DNA from: Candidatus Dormiibacterota bacterium
GTDB taxonomy: Bacteria > Chloroflexota > Dormibacteria > Aeolococcales > Aeolococcaceae
Direction of reading: 5' to 3'
DNA length: 64,000 nucleotides
Assembly: GCA_036521195.1 (NCBI GenBank)
Contig: DATDID010000026.1
Coordinates: 89,944 to 153,943, forward strand
Shown here: positions 34,765-43,737 of the stretch, one piece after another
Layout of the letters: each line of letters begins with the position of its first letter
Numbering within the stretch: the first letter of the stretch is position 1
Made by a program: the position numbers and the translations under genes
Notes under the pieces: model-generated
The model's input: only the letters and a program-made list of their open reading frames with translations
What the model was told of the DNA's origin: nothing
Database searches by the model: none

Positions 34765-35828
34765 GGCCTGCGACCCAAGTACGCGCTGTCCAGCATCTGA
34801 CGCACCGTCGCCTCGTCGGGCACGAGCGGATCATCGTGCGTGGCTTCCCAGACCCGATGCGCCGCCTCGTCGAGTCCATCCTCGGGCATTCCCAACTCGG
34901 AGAGCGCGACAGGAAGTTCGAGCCGCTCCAGCAACGCGAAGAGTGCGCCGGCTGGGTCGTCAGCGCCGAGCATGCGTATCGCATTCGTCATCGCTGCCGG
35001 CGCCTGCGGCGAAACCATTGCCGTGGTCTGCGGCAGCAACGCGGCATGGGTCTCGGCATGGGGTGTCTTCCAGCCGCCGCCGAGCACGTGTGCAGTCCGA
35101 TGATGGATGCCGATGCCGGCCTGCGCCATCGCCACGCCGGCGAGACATGCACCGACGAGATTGTTGCCGTGCGCGTCGACATCGTCGGGATACGCGACCA
35201 CTTTTGGCAACCCGTCGACGAGCATGCGACCTCCGTCGACTGCGAGCGCGGTGGTGATGGGGTTCGCGCCAGGAACCCAGAGCGCCTCGACGCAATGTGC
35301 GAGCGCGTTGAAGCCGGAAGCGGCGGCGAGTCGCGGTGGCATGCCCGCACACAGTTCCGGGTCGTAGACGACGGTGCGCGGAAGGACGCGGATGTCGTAT
35401 GCGGTGTGCTTGCGACCGTTCGTCGTTCGGCCCCAGACAGCCGTCATCTCCGAGCCCGAGTACGTCGTCGGCACCGCGATGAGCGGCAGGTCGCACGTGA
35501 ACGCGAGCAGCTTACCGAGGCCCGTTGGTGAGCCCCCTCCGACGGACACGGCAATGTCGGCGTCGACCCCCTTCGCGGTGGCGGCCGCCGCCTCGGCGAC
35601 ATCGATGGGAACGTGCTGCGACGAGCCGCCGATGACGCCTGCGACAAGATCGCCCAGAGCCTCGCGGGCGCGCTCGAACGAGGCGCTCGTCGATGCTCCA
35701 CCGCCCACGAGGACGACGCGGCTACGCTCGAGCCGCGCCACCTCGTCGCGAAGCTCTGCAAGCGAACCCCGGCCGAACACGACCCGCGACGGCAGCGCCG
35801 TCCAGATGAACGCCTCCTTCACAGCCAT
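34761..35828 (-). CDS. iron-containing alcohol dehydrogenase family, maleylacetate reductase-like
   Basis: From ATG at 35828 the product reads MAVKEAFIWTALPSRVVFGRGSL, and carries GGGSPTGLGK and PLIAVPTTYSGSEMT. Confidence 0.75.
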   Translation of the reverse strand: MAVKEAFIWTALPSRVVFGRGSLAELRDEVARLERSRVVLVGGGASTSASFERAREALGDLVAGVIGGSSQHVPIDVAEAAAATAKGVDADIAVSVGGGSPTGLGKLLAFTCDLPLIAVPTTYSGSEMTAVWGRTTNGRKHTAYDIRVLPRTVVYDPELCAGMPPRLAAASGFNALAHCVEALWVPGANPITTALAVDGGRMLVDGLPKVVAYPDDVDAHGNNLVGACLAGVAMAQAGIGIHHRTAHVLGGGWKTPHAETHAALLPQTTAMVSPQAPAAMTNAIRMLGADDPAGALFALLERLELPVALSELGMPEDGLDEAAHRVWEATHDDPLVPDEATVRQMLDSAYLGRRP

Positions 35829-35980
35829 GCTGCGATCTTGACACCCGAGATTTCCGCTCGGAGCGTCATCCGACCCATCGCTGTGCATCCTGGTGTCAGG
35901 GTTTCCACGGTCTTCTCAGCCTGGTGACAGGGGCGTCGCCGGGTGGCTTCCGGCTCGGACGGCGCGCCTAGAGTGACGCC

Positions 35981-36511
35981 GTGCTGGATTGGACGCTCAT
36001 CGGTGTGTGGGCCGCCGCGGCCGGCGCCCTCTTGACCGCGTGCTTCACGTGGCTGGCATACCAACACGCGCGGGCTGTCTCTGGGCGGCACAAACCGATC
36101 CTGATCATGCCCTCGAATGGGAGGGAGGTGTGGGTGACCTACCCACTCAGCAGTCACGAGCCTGAAGAACATCCCAGAACCGCGTGGGTTCGGATGTTCA
36201 ACCAATCGGCCGTCGCGCAAGGCTTCATCGTCAACATCGCCGAATCGATCGTGCTCGCACCGAAGATTGAAGGTCCTCAGCCGTTCTTCCGGTATCAGGT
36301 GATCGACTTCCCGCCCAACGAAGGCGGCAATGTCTCGCTCGTGGTGAGCCACACGTACGGGGAATGGCCTGACGACATCGATCCGATCACCGGGGAGACA
36401 CGCGAGCCGTATCGGATCCGCCTGGTTGGTCAGACCAAGAGCGGCCGCAGAGCACACTGGGAGGGGTTGCTGCACCTCCAGGATCCGTTCTGGGAGCCCG
36501 CAACCGAATAG
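35981..36511 (+). CDS. hypothetical protein with an N-terminal TM helix
   Basis: 176-aa ORF whose N-terminus LIGVWAAAAGALLTACFTWLAY is hydrophobic. No family recognised. Confidence 0.45.
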   Translation: MLDWTLIGVWAAAAGALLTACFTWLAYQHARAVSGRHKPILIMPSNGREVWVTYPLSSHEPEEHPRTAWVRMFNQSAVAQGFIVNIAESIVLAPKIEGPQPFFRYQVIDFPPNEGGNVSLVVSHTYGEWPDDIDPITGETREPYRIRLVGQTKSGRRAHWEGLLHLQDPFWEPATE

Positions 36512-36528
36512 CGTCTACCATCAACGCG

Positions 36529-36915
36529 ATGGCATCGGATGTTGAGCCGGACGTCGCCCCGCAAGCCGGGCCGGCACGTGGCGAAGTCGGGTATCTACAG
36601 ATCCCCGCGCGGGACATCACGCGCTCCGCGGAGTTCTACGAGCACGTTTTCGGCTGGAACGTCGATGCACCCAACCCGAGCTTCGAGGCGCCGAACCTGA
36701 TCGGCCAATGGGTCACCGATCGCGTGCCGGCGGGGGACGGCGGCATGCTCGCGTGGATCCACGTCGACAACATCCAGGTCGCTCTGGAGAATGTCCGGTC
36801 CGATGGCGGTCAGGTGCTCGAGCAACCGGTGGCCGACGGACCCGATCGATGGCTCGCGACGATCAAGGATCCCGCAGGGAACGTGGTCGGTATCGTGCAG
36901 CAGAGCCACAGCTGA
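36529..36915 (+). CDS. VOC/glyoxalase family protein
   Basis: Carries YLQIPARDITRSAEFYEHVFGW and IKDPAGNVVGIVQ. Confidence 0.75.
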   Translation: MASDVEPDVAPQAGPARGEVGYLQIPARDITRSAEFYEHVFGWNVDAPNPSFEAPNLIGQWVTDRVPAGDGGMLAWIHVDNIQVALENVRSDGGQVLEQPVADGPDRWLATIKDPAGNVVGIVQQSHS

Positions 36916-36930
36916 CCTGGGGCGAGGCAC

Positions 36931-37212
36931 ATGCCAGAAAGCGACCCGGTGATGCGCACGTACTGGCCGGCTTCACGGCCGTGGCGATACTCACTCGACT
37001 TCCACCGACAGGACGCGCCGAAATGGGGCGTCACGTTCTACGAGAACAGCGAGCCCGAATCCGAGCAGCGTTGGGATCTGGAACCTGCGCAGGTCACGAC
37101 GAAGGAGCTTCGCGAGTGGCTGGAGGCACGGACCACGCCTGATGCGGCAAAGGAGATGGTTGATGCTGTCTTCGCGAGCCGCCCGTTCTTCTTTGTCGAT
37201 CAGCAGCACTAA
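36931..37212 (+). CDS. hypothetical protein
   Basis: 93-aa ORF with reasonable G/C third positions. No family recognised. Confidence 0.4.
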   Translation: MPESDPVMRTYWPASRPWRYSLDFHRQDAPKWGVTFYENSEPESEQRWDLEPAQVTTKELREWLEARTTPDAAKEMVDAVFASRPFFFVDQQH

Positions 37213-37248
37213 CTGACCACTGATCGCTCGTGGGGTCGTGTCGGTGAG

Positions 37249-39135
37249 ATGTCGCAGCGCGTTCGCATTGCGAACCGTACAATCCGCCCGATGCGGGGAC
37301 TCGTAGGAAGGGGTCGGAGGATCTGGGCTGCTCCTGCTTCTCAGGAGGCGGTTGCCGTGCTTGCTCTCCTGGTGATCGGGCTGCTCATCCGAGTGCCGCA
37401 CCTCAGCCAGCCATTCACTGCGCTCTCGTCGTTTCGCCAGGCCGAAACCGCGTACCCGGCCCTGATCTATCACGAACAGGGGATCAATCTGCTGCACCCG
37501 CAGCTCCCGGTGTTTGGCAGCCCCTGGCAGGTGCCGTTCGAGTTCCCGCTGTACCAGGCCATGGCGGCGCTCGTCATGAACCTCGGTGTTGCCACCGACC
37601 TGGCGCTTCGCGCGAGTGGGCTGATCTGTTTCATGGCAACCGCGGTTGCGGTGTGGGGGCTCGTCCGCCACCTGTCGACGCGGACTGCGGCAGTGATCGC
37701 GCTGCTCGTGTTTCTGCTCTCACCGTTCAACATCTGGTGGAGCCGTTCGTCAATGATCGAGTACATGGCGACGGCCCTTTCGGTCGGGTACGTCTGGGCC
37801 GGCATGATTTGGATCGACAAACGCCAGAATCGCTTTGCCGCGCTCGCCATCGTGCTCGGATCACTCGCGATGGCTGTCAAGGTGACCAGCGCGGTCTTCT
37901 GGATGGTGCCGCTGTTCCTGTACTGGTCGCGAGGGCCGAGGCCGCCGCTTCGCGTATGGCTTCGCGATCGATTCAACGTCTCCTTGGCGCTGTTCCTTGT
38001 TCCTGTCATCGCGTGCGTGCTCTGGACGCACTACGCCGACGGCATCAAGGCCGCGAGCCCGGCCACGAGCTGGCTCACGAGCGAGGCGCTGTTCATCTGG
38101 AACTTCGGCACCATCGCTCAGCGCTTGAGCATCCATGCCTGGTACCAGATCCTCGATCCGTTCGACTCGCAGGTCACCGGGCTACCGCTGTGGGGTTTCG
38201 CGATCCTCTGCGGCATCGCCGTGCTCCGCGAGAAGCGCGCTGTGTGGATCGGCATCATTCTCGCGGGCGTCCTGCCAGTGGTCGTGTTCTTCAATTTGTA
38301 TGTCGTTCAGGAGTACTACCTGGCTGCGGTGACTCCGGCCGTGGCTGCTGTCCTCGGCTACGCGATCGACGGCATCATTCGCTACTGGAAGCCGACACCG
38401 CTGCGGGTCGTGAGCGTGCTCGCCATGCTCGCTGCGTTGGGGTCCGCCATCGTTGCGCAGCGCAACTTCCTTGCGCCTATTTACACGAATCATGTCGCGG
38501 ATCCCCAGAATGTCCTCCCGCAGGCGCGAGAGATCGACGCGGGCACGCACCCGCAAAACCTGATCGTGTTCGACGGTCTCACATGGTCGCCGGCGGTGCC
38601 GTACTACGCACGGCGGCGGGGCATGATGCTCAACCCGAATATCGTTACGAGTTCGCTCCTCAATGCATTGCCCAGGCAGGGATATACCTACCTCTACACC
38701 GCTCCGCAACATGCCCGCTTTTCTCCCATCGCGCTCGAGGTGCTGCAACGCTGGGAGTGGTTCGGTGAGGTGAGCCCACATCTGTTCCGGCTCGGTTCCA
38801 GCTATACGAGCGTCGGCAGTGCAGGGATAGCTGCGACGTCCACGCCGTTCCAGCCTCCCGCAGGGAACCCCTCGCTGCTCACGACACCAACCGTCCTGGA
38901 ATGCGATGGCGCGATGACGACCATCGCGGCCGCTGTCGGCAGCACTGTCACACTGGAGTTCTCGACGCTGCCTCAAGGAACTGGAGACGGTCTTGCAGTC
39001 AATGGACACTGGATCCCTGCAGAGAGCACCGTGGTGGTGGCGCCCGAGGACGACCGGGCGGGCTCGCTCCAGGTGGCGTGCGAAGGCGACACGCCGCTCG
39101 ATCTGTCCGGCGTGTACGTGGGTGAGCCGTCGTGA
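37249..39135 (+). CDS. GT-C fold membrane glycosyltransferase (ArnT/PMT-like)
   Basis: 628 aa and multi-TM. The first loop, RVPHLSQPF...SFRQAETAYPAL...FEFPLYQ, resembles ArnT/GT39-type enzymes. The C-terminal ~150 aa are soluble. Confidence 0.65.
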   Translation: MSQRVRIANRTIRPMRGLVGRGRRIWAAPASQEAVAVLALLVIGLLIRVPHLSQPFTALSSFRQAETAYPALIYHEQGINLLHPQLPVFGSPWQVPFEFPLYQAMAALVMNLGVATDLALRASGLICFMATAVAVWGLVRHLSTRTAAVIALLVFLLSPFNIWWSRSSMIEYMATALSVGYVWAGMIWIDKRQNRFAALAIVLGSLAMAVKVTSAVFWMVPLFLYWSRGPRPPLRVWLRDRFNVSLALFLVPVIACVLWTHYADGIKAASPATSWLTSEALFIWNFGTIAQRLSIHAWYQILDPFDSQVTGLPLWGFAILCGIAVLREKRAVWIGIILAGVLPVVVFFNLYVVQEYYLAAVTPAVAAVLGYAIDGIIRYWKPTPLRVVSVLAMLAALGSAIVAQRNFLAPIYTNHVADPQNVLPQAREIDAGTHPQNLIVFDGLTWSPAVPYYARRRGMMLNPNIVTSSLLNALPRQGYTYLYTAPQHARFSPIALEVLQRWEWFGEVSPHLFRLGSSYTSVGSAGIAATSTPFQPPAGNPSLLTTPTVLECDGAMTTIAAAVGSTVTLEFSTLPQGTGDGLAVNGHWIPAESTVVVAPEDDRAGSLQVACEGDTPLDLSGVYVGEPS

Positions 39136-40343
39136 TGCCTGACGAACGTCACAGGTTCGAGCACGACGTCACGATCGTCGGCGGATGCGGCCACGTGGGT
39201 CTGCCGCTTGGTCTTGCGCTTGCGGCCGGCGGATGCCGCGTTGTCCTGTATGACACGAGCGTCGCCGCGGTCGATGTCGTCAACGCCGGAGCGATGCCGT
39301 TTCAGGAGGCAGGGGCGGCGAAGCTACTCCCCGAAGTCCGGGAGTCGGGCCGGCTTCGCGCCACCGTTGAGCCTGGCTCCATAGCCCGCGGCGAGCATGT
39401 CGTCGTCGTGGTGGGGACTCCGGTGGACAGATATCTGAGCCCCGACATCGACGCCGTTTCGCGTGCGGTGACACCGTTGAGTGATCACCTCGTTGACGGC
39501 CAGTTGGTCATCCTGCGAAGCACGGTGTATCCGGGAGTCACCCGCGGGGTCGCGCGGATCATCGCGAAGCTCGGCCGCGACATCGACGTCAGCTTCTGCC
39601 CCGAGCGCATTGCTGAAGGTCACGCGCTCGAGGAGCTGAGCAGCCTGCCGCAGATCGTCTCCGGAACCACGCCTCGCGCGACGGCGCGTGCCGCAACGCT
39701 GTTCCGTCGCCTGACCCCGGAGATCGTCGAACTCGCCCCGGACGAGGCCGAGCTCGCCAAGCTCTTCACGAACACCTGGCGCTACATCAAATTCGCCGTC
39801 GCCAACCAGCTCTACGCGATAGCGAACGACTCCGGGCTCGACTACGAGCGCATCCGCCACGCCGTGACCCATCAATATCCGCGGGCGGCCGATCTTCCCG
39901 GAGCGGGTCTCACCGCAGGGCCGTGTCTTTTGAAGGACACGATGCAGATCACGGCGTTTGCGGAGAATCGATTCACCCTCGGACAGGCGGCTGTGATGGT
40001 GAACGAGGGTCTTCCGCTCTACGTGATCGGCAAGCTCGAGGAGCGGTTCGACCTGACCGACATGACGGTCGGCATCCTGGGCATGGCGTTCAAGGCCGAG
40101 TCGGACGACGTGCGGGCGAGCCTCAGCTACAAGTTGAAGCGCGTCCTCAGCGGGAAGGCGGCGCGGGTGCTCTGCACCGACCCGTTCGTGACGGTTGACC
40201 AGGATCTCAGCCCCCTGGAGAGTGTCCTTGCAGAGTCGGACCTGCTGATCATTGCGGCGCCGCACAGCGCTTACGCGAACCTGCACACCACCACGCCGGT
40301 CGTTGATCTGACCAACGTACTTGGCAACGGGGTCAGGGTGTGA
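39132..40343 (+). CDS. nucleotide-sugar (UDP-glucose/GDP-mannose) dehydrogenase
   Basis: Rossmann motif VTIVGGCGHVGLPLG and catalytic region GAGLTAGPCLLKD. It overlaps the upstream gene by 4 bp. Confidence 0.8.
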   Translation: MMPDERHRFEHDVTIVGGCGHVGLPLGLALAAGGCRVVLYDTSVAAVDVVNAGAMPFQEAGAAKLLPEVRESGRLRATVEPGSIARGEHVVVVVGTPVDRYLSPDIDAVSRAVTPLSDHLVDGQLVILRSTVYPGVTRGVARIIAKLGRDIDVSFCPERIAEGHALEELSSLPQIVSGTTPRATARAATLFRRLTPEIVELAPDEAELAKLFTNTWRYIKFAVANQLYAIANDSGLDYERIRHAVTHQYPRAADLPGAGLTAGPCLLKDTMQITAFAENRFTLGQAAVMVNEGLPLYVIGKLEERFDLTDMTVGILGMAFKAESDDVRASLSYKLKRVLSGKAARVLCTDPFVTVDQDLSPLESVLAESDLLIIAAPHSAYANLHTTTPVVDLTNVLGNGVRV

Positions 40344-41086
40344 ATCCGCGCGTCAGCGTCGTCATCCCCGCATATAACGAGGGTGCCGAAGTCGTGGCGT
40401 TCCTCGACCGGATCTGCGAAGCGATCACACTCCCGGCCGAGGTGCTGGTGGTGTACGACTCGCCGGACGACACGACCGTCCCGTTTCTCCGGGAGTATGC
40501 GAAACGGGACGCGCGGCTCCGGCCGTTGCACAACACCTACGGACGAGGGCCGGCACAGGCGCTGCGGTATGGCGTCGCTCACGCGGTGGCCGATGTCGTC
40601 GTCGTGACGATGGCGGACGGGAGTGACGATCCGATGCAAATCGATCAGTTGACGCGGCTCGTCGAGCGAGGCGTTGTCGTCGCATGCGCGTCGCGATACA
40701 TGCGTGGCGGGCAGCAGGTCGGCGGACCATGGTTGAAGGGCCGCATCTCCTGGCTGGCGGGCGTGTCGCTGCACTTGGTGGGGCGGGTCGGGACACACGA
40801 TGCCACCAACTCGTTCAAAGCCTACTCGCGCCAGTTCATGCAGCGTGTCGGGATCGATTCGGACGCGGGGTTCGAGCTGGGGATCGAGATGGTGGCGAAG
40901 GCGCGTCGCCTCGGTCTGCCTGTCGCGGAGCTGCCGACGATCTGGCTCGACCGCGCGAATGGAACATCGCACTTTCAGGCCAGGGCGTGGATCCCACGGT
41001 ATCTCCACTGGTATCTCTTCGCACTTGGGCTGACGCGCGCGAACCCTGCACCCGACGAAGTGCGCCGGAGAGGTCGAACGCCATGA
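40340..41086 (+). CDS. GT2 polyprenyl-phosphate glycosyltransferase (ArnC/DPM1-like)
   Basis: Carries VSVVIPAYNE, VVTMADGSDDP and FKAYSRQF. Confidence 0.8.
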   Translation: MNPRVSVVIPAYNEGAEVVAFLDRICEAITLPAEVLVVYDSPDDTTVPFLREYAKRDARLRPLHNTYGRGPAQALRYGVAHAVADVVVVTMADGSDDPMQIDQLTRLVERGVVVACASRYMRGGQQVGGPWLKGRISWLAGVSLHLVGRVGTHDATNSFKAYSRQFMQRVGIDSDAGFELGIEMVAKARRLGLPVAELPTIWLDRANGTSHFQARAWIPRYLHWYLFALGLTRANPAPDEVRRRGRTP

Positions 41087-42108
41087 CAAGGGTGCTGGTC
41101 ACCGGGTCGGCCGGATTCATCGGCGGGTACATCGTCCAGGAGTTGCTCCAGCGTGGATACCACGTGGTCGGGCTTGACAACGAATCGAAGTACGGGCCGG
41201 CGGCCAAGTCGTACGACGGGCACGCGAACTATCGGCTCGTCCGAGGCGATGCCCGCGATGTGGAACTCCTCAGTGAGCTGCTCGGCGACTGTGATCACCT
41301 GATCGCGGGTGCCGCGATGATCGGAGGCATCTCGTACTTCCACACGTACGCATACGATCTGCTGGCGACCAACGAGCGGATCATCGCCGCAACATGTGAC
41401 GCGGCGATTCGCGCGCATCGCAGCGGCGCGCTGAGCAAAGTCACATACATCAGCTCCTCGATGGTCTTCGAGTCGACAGATACGTGGCCGTCAACCGAGG
41501 GCCAGGAACTCGAGGTCCCACCGCCGAGATCGTCATACGGGTTTCAGAAGCTTGCGGTCGAGTACTTCGCCCGCGCCGCACACCAGCAGCACCAGCTGCC
41601 GTACACCATCGTGCGGCCCTTCAACTGCGTCGGCATCGGCGAGAGTCGGGCGCTTGGGGACGTCGAGATCCTCAGCGGCAACGTCAAGCTCGCGATGAGC
41701 CACGTGGTTCCGGACCTGGTGCAGAAGGTGCTGAAGGGTCAGGACCCGCTGCACATCCTTGGTGACGGTGACCAGATCCGCCACTACACGTACGGTGGCG
41801 ACCTCGCCAGGGGCATTGTCACGGCGATGGAGAGTCCCGCGGCATTGAACGAGGACTTCAACCTGTCGACAGCGGAGTCGACGACCGTGCTCGCCCTGGC
41901 CGAATCGATCTGGCACCGGATCAGAGGCGCCGACGTCCCGTTCCGCTACGTCAGCGACCCACCCTTCGAACACGATGTCCAGCGCAGGATCCCGTCGACG
42001 GAGAAGGCACGGCGCGTGCTGGGCTTTGCAGCGACGACCTCGCTCGAGCAGATGCTTGACGAAGTCGTTCCGTGGATCGAACAGGCGATCGTCTCGGGGC
42101 TGATCTAG
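41083..42108 (+). CDS. NAD-dependent epimerase/dehydratase (UDP-glucuronate decarboxylase-like SDR)
   Basis: ATGA overlap with the GT2 gene. The product starts MTRVLVTGSAGFIGGY and has the catalytic YGFQK. Confidence 0.8.
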   Translation: MTRVLVTGSAGFIGGYIVQELLQRGYHVVGLDNESKYGPAAKSYDGHANYRLVRGDARDVELLSELLGDCDHLIAGAAMIGGISYFHTYAYDLLATNERIIAATCDAAIRAHRSGALSKVTYISSSMVFESTDTWPSTEGQELEVPPPRSSYGFQKLAVEYFARAAHQQHQLPYTIVRPFNCVGIGESRALGDVEILSGNVKLAMSHVVPDLVQKVLKGQDPLHILGDGDQIRHYTYGGDLARGIVTAMESPAALNEDFNLSTAESTTVLALAESIWHRIRGADVPFRYVSDPPFEHDVQRRIPSTEKARRVLGFAATTSLEQMLDEVVPWIEQAIVSGLI

Positions 42109-42111
42109 CCG

Positions 42112-43737
42112 CTACGGGCGCGCCAGGACGAGCTCGTACAACACTCCTGGGCGCCCCGCGATCTCGGTCGGTCCCGTGATAACGAACCCCGCGTTGAACA
42201 GCACTCGCTGCGAGGCAACGTTCTCGTTGCTGGTCGCGGCTTTGAGCATCCGCAGGTGGTGATCGTCCGCGGCGATGCGACAGAGGGCGCGCAGCCCGGA
42301 TGTCGCGACGCCTCGACCTGTGACCCGTTCTGCAACGCGATAGCCGACGTTCGCGGTCTCGTCGGCGACTTCGTACAGGTTGAAACGGCCGACGACGCCC
42401 CCGTCATCGTCAACGAGGACGTAGAACGCTCCGCGTCCTGCCTCCTGCTCGGCAAGCATGGCACGGTGGCGGTCAGCGAAATGCTCGAAGAATTCGTCGC
42501 CGCGATCACTGATCGACTGCGCAAAGTACGCACGGTTCGCTCGCTCGAAGTCGAGGATCGCCGCGTCATGGTCGGGGCGAAGGCGCTGCAGATCGTACAC
42601 GCTCGAACCTACCATGACGGACCGCCCGCCTCGCCGATCACGGCTCGGCGGGTGCGATGGTTCTGACGCCACACGAGCGACGACCACGCACGCCCTGCCC
42701 GATGATTTGGCTTCTCGGGCGGCCTTCCGCGCACGCTCTTCAGCGGCATCCTGGTCGTCGGGTCCACTGCACGCGGAGACTCCGGCCGAGAACGTCACCG
42801 CGACATCACCGACGCGCAGCTCCTGGCGCGCGCGTTGCATCAACGCTTCGAGCGCCTCAACGACGGTGCTCACCGAGACGTCGGGGAGGATGACAAGAAA
42901 CTCATCGCCACCCCACCGAACGACGATCGCTCCCTCCGGAAGGGTCCGCAGGAGCGCGGCGACGCCCAGGAGCGCCTGGTCGCCCGCGTCCCAGTTCTGG
43001 TCGTCCAGGCCGTTGAGATCACGAAGATTGTCGATGTCAACAAACGCCACCACGCGCGGACCCCGGAGGCCCGTGATGACCTCGGCGAGCCCACGGCGGT
43101 TCCGAGCACCAGTCAGGGGATCGTAGAGGGCTAGCACTGCACGCTCTTCGGCTGCGGCGAGGCGATCACGAAGATCACCGGCCTGCCCGCCGCGCTGACC
43201 GTCCCGCAGCTCCAGGAATTCCAAGCGTTGATGCAACTCGCGTGTTGCCTCGATGCGGTCGGCCCACTCAACCTCCCACAACAGGTCGCTCGCCACCGGC
43301 TTGTGGCTCGGTCCCCGTCGAAAGGTCGTGCGGACGTGGACTCGGAGGCGCTCGTTGTCGATGAGGAGAGGTTGACCGGCAACGTCAAGCCTGATCTTGC
43401 GCGCGAGTTGAGACAGGCTCATCGCTGCGTCGATGCGCTCGAAGAGGACAGCGAATTCATCGCCACCCACACGCGCGATGCAAAGCGGCGGTCTCTCAGC
43501 GAAGGCGTGGCGGAGTCGCTGAGCGGTGTGCAGGAGCACGTGGTCGCCAAAGTCGAATCCGTGAGCGGTGTTGATGCCGCGCAGACCTTCGATATCGACG
43601 AGCACGATCCCATACGCTTCGCCGCTCGAGCGGCAACGCGCATCCACCTGGCGCTCAAGGGACATGAACTCCTGGACGGTTGCAAGCCCGGTTTGCCGAT
43701 CGACACCGAACTCCGAGTTATCGGCCGGGCCTGTCAT
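42112..43737 (-). CDS. tandem GGDEF-GGDEF protein fused to a C-terminal GNAT acetyltransferase domain
   Basis: GGDEF 1 contains RVGGDEFAV. A coiled segment follows. GGDEF 2 contains RWGGDEFLV. The C-terminal ~180 aa are RimJ/RimL-like GNAT (GYRVAERVTGRGVATSGLRAL...ATSNENVASQRVLFNAGF). Confidence 0.75.
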   Translation of the reverse strand: MTGPADNSEFGVDRQTGLATVQEFMSLERQVDARCRSSGEAYGIVLVDIEGLRGINTAHGFDFGDHVLLHTAQRLRHAFAERPPLCIARVGGDEFAVLFERIDAAMSLSQLARKIRLDVAGQPLLIDNERLRVHVRTTFRRGPSHKPVASDLLWEVEWADRIEATRELHQRLEFLELRDGQRGGQAGDLRDRLAAAEERAVLALYDPLTGARNRRGLAEVITGLRGPRVVAFVDIDNLRDLNGLDDQNWDAGDQALLGVAALLRTLPEGAIVVRWGGDEFLVILPDVSVSTVVEALEALMQRARQELRVGDVAVTFSAGVSACSGPDDQDAAEERARKAAREAKSSGRACVVVARVASEPSHPPSRDRRGGRSVMVGSSVYDLQRLRPDHDAAILDFERANRAYFAQSISDRGDEFFEHFADRHRAMLAEQEAGRGAFYVLVDDDGGVVGRFNLYEVADETANVGYRVAERVTGRGVATSGLRALCRIAADDHHLRMLKAATSNENVASQRVLFNAGFVITGPTEIAGRPGVLYELVLARP

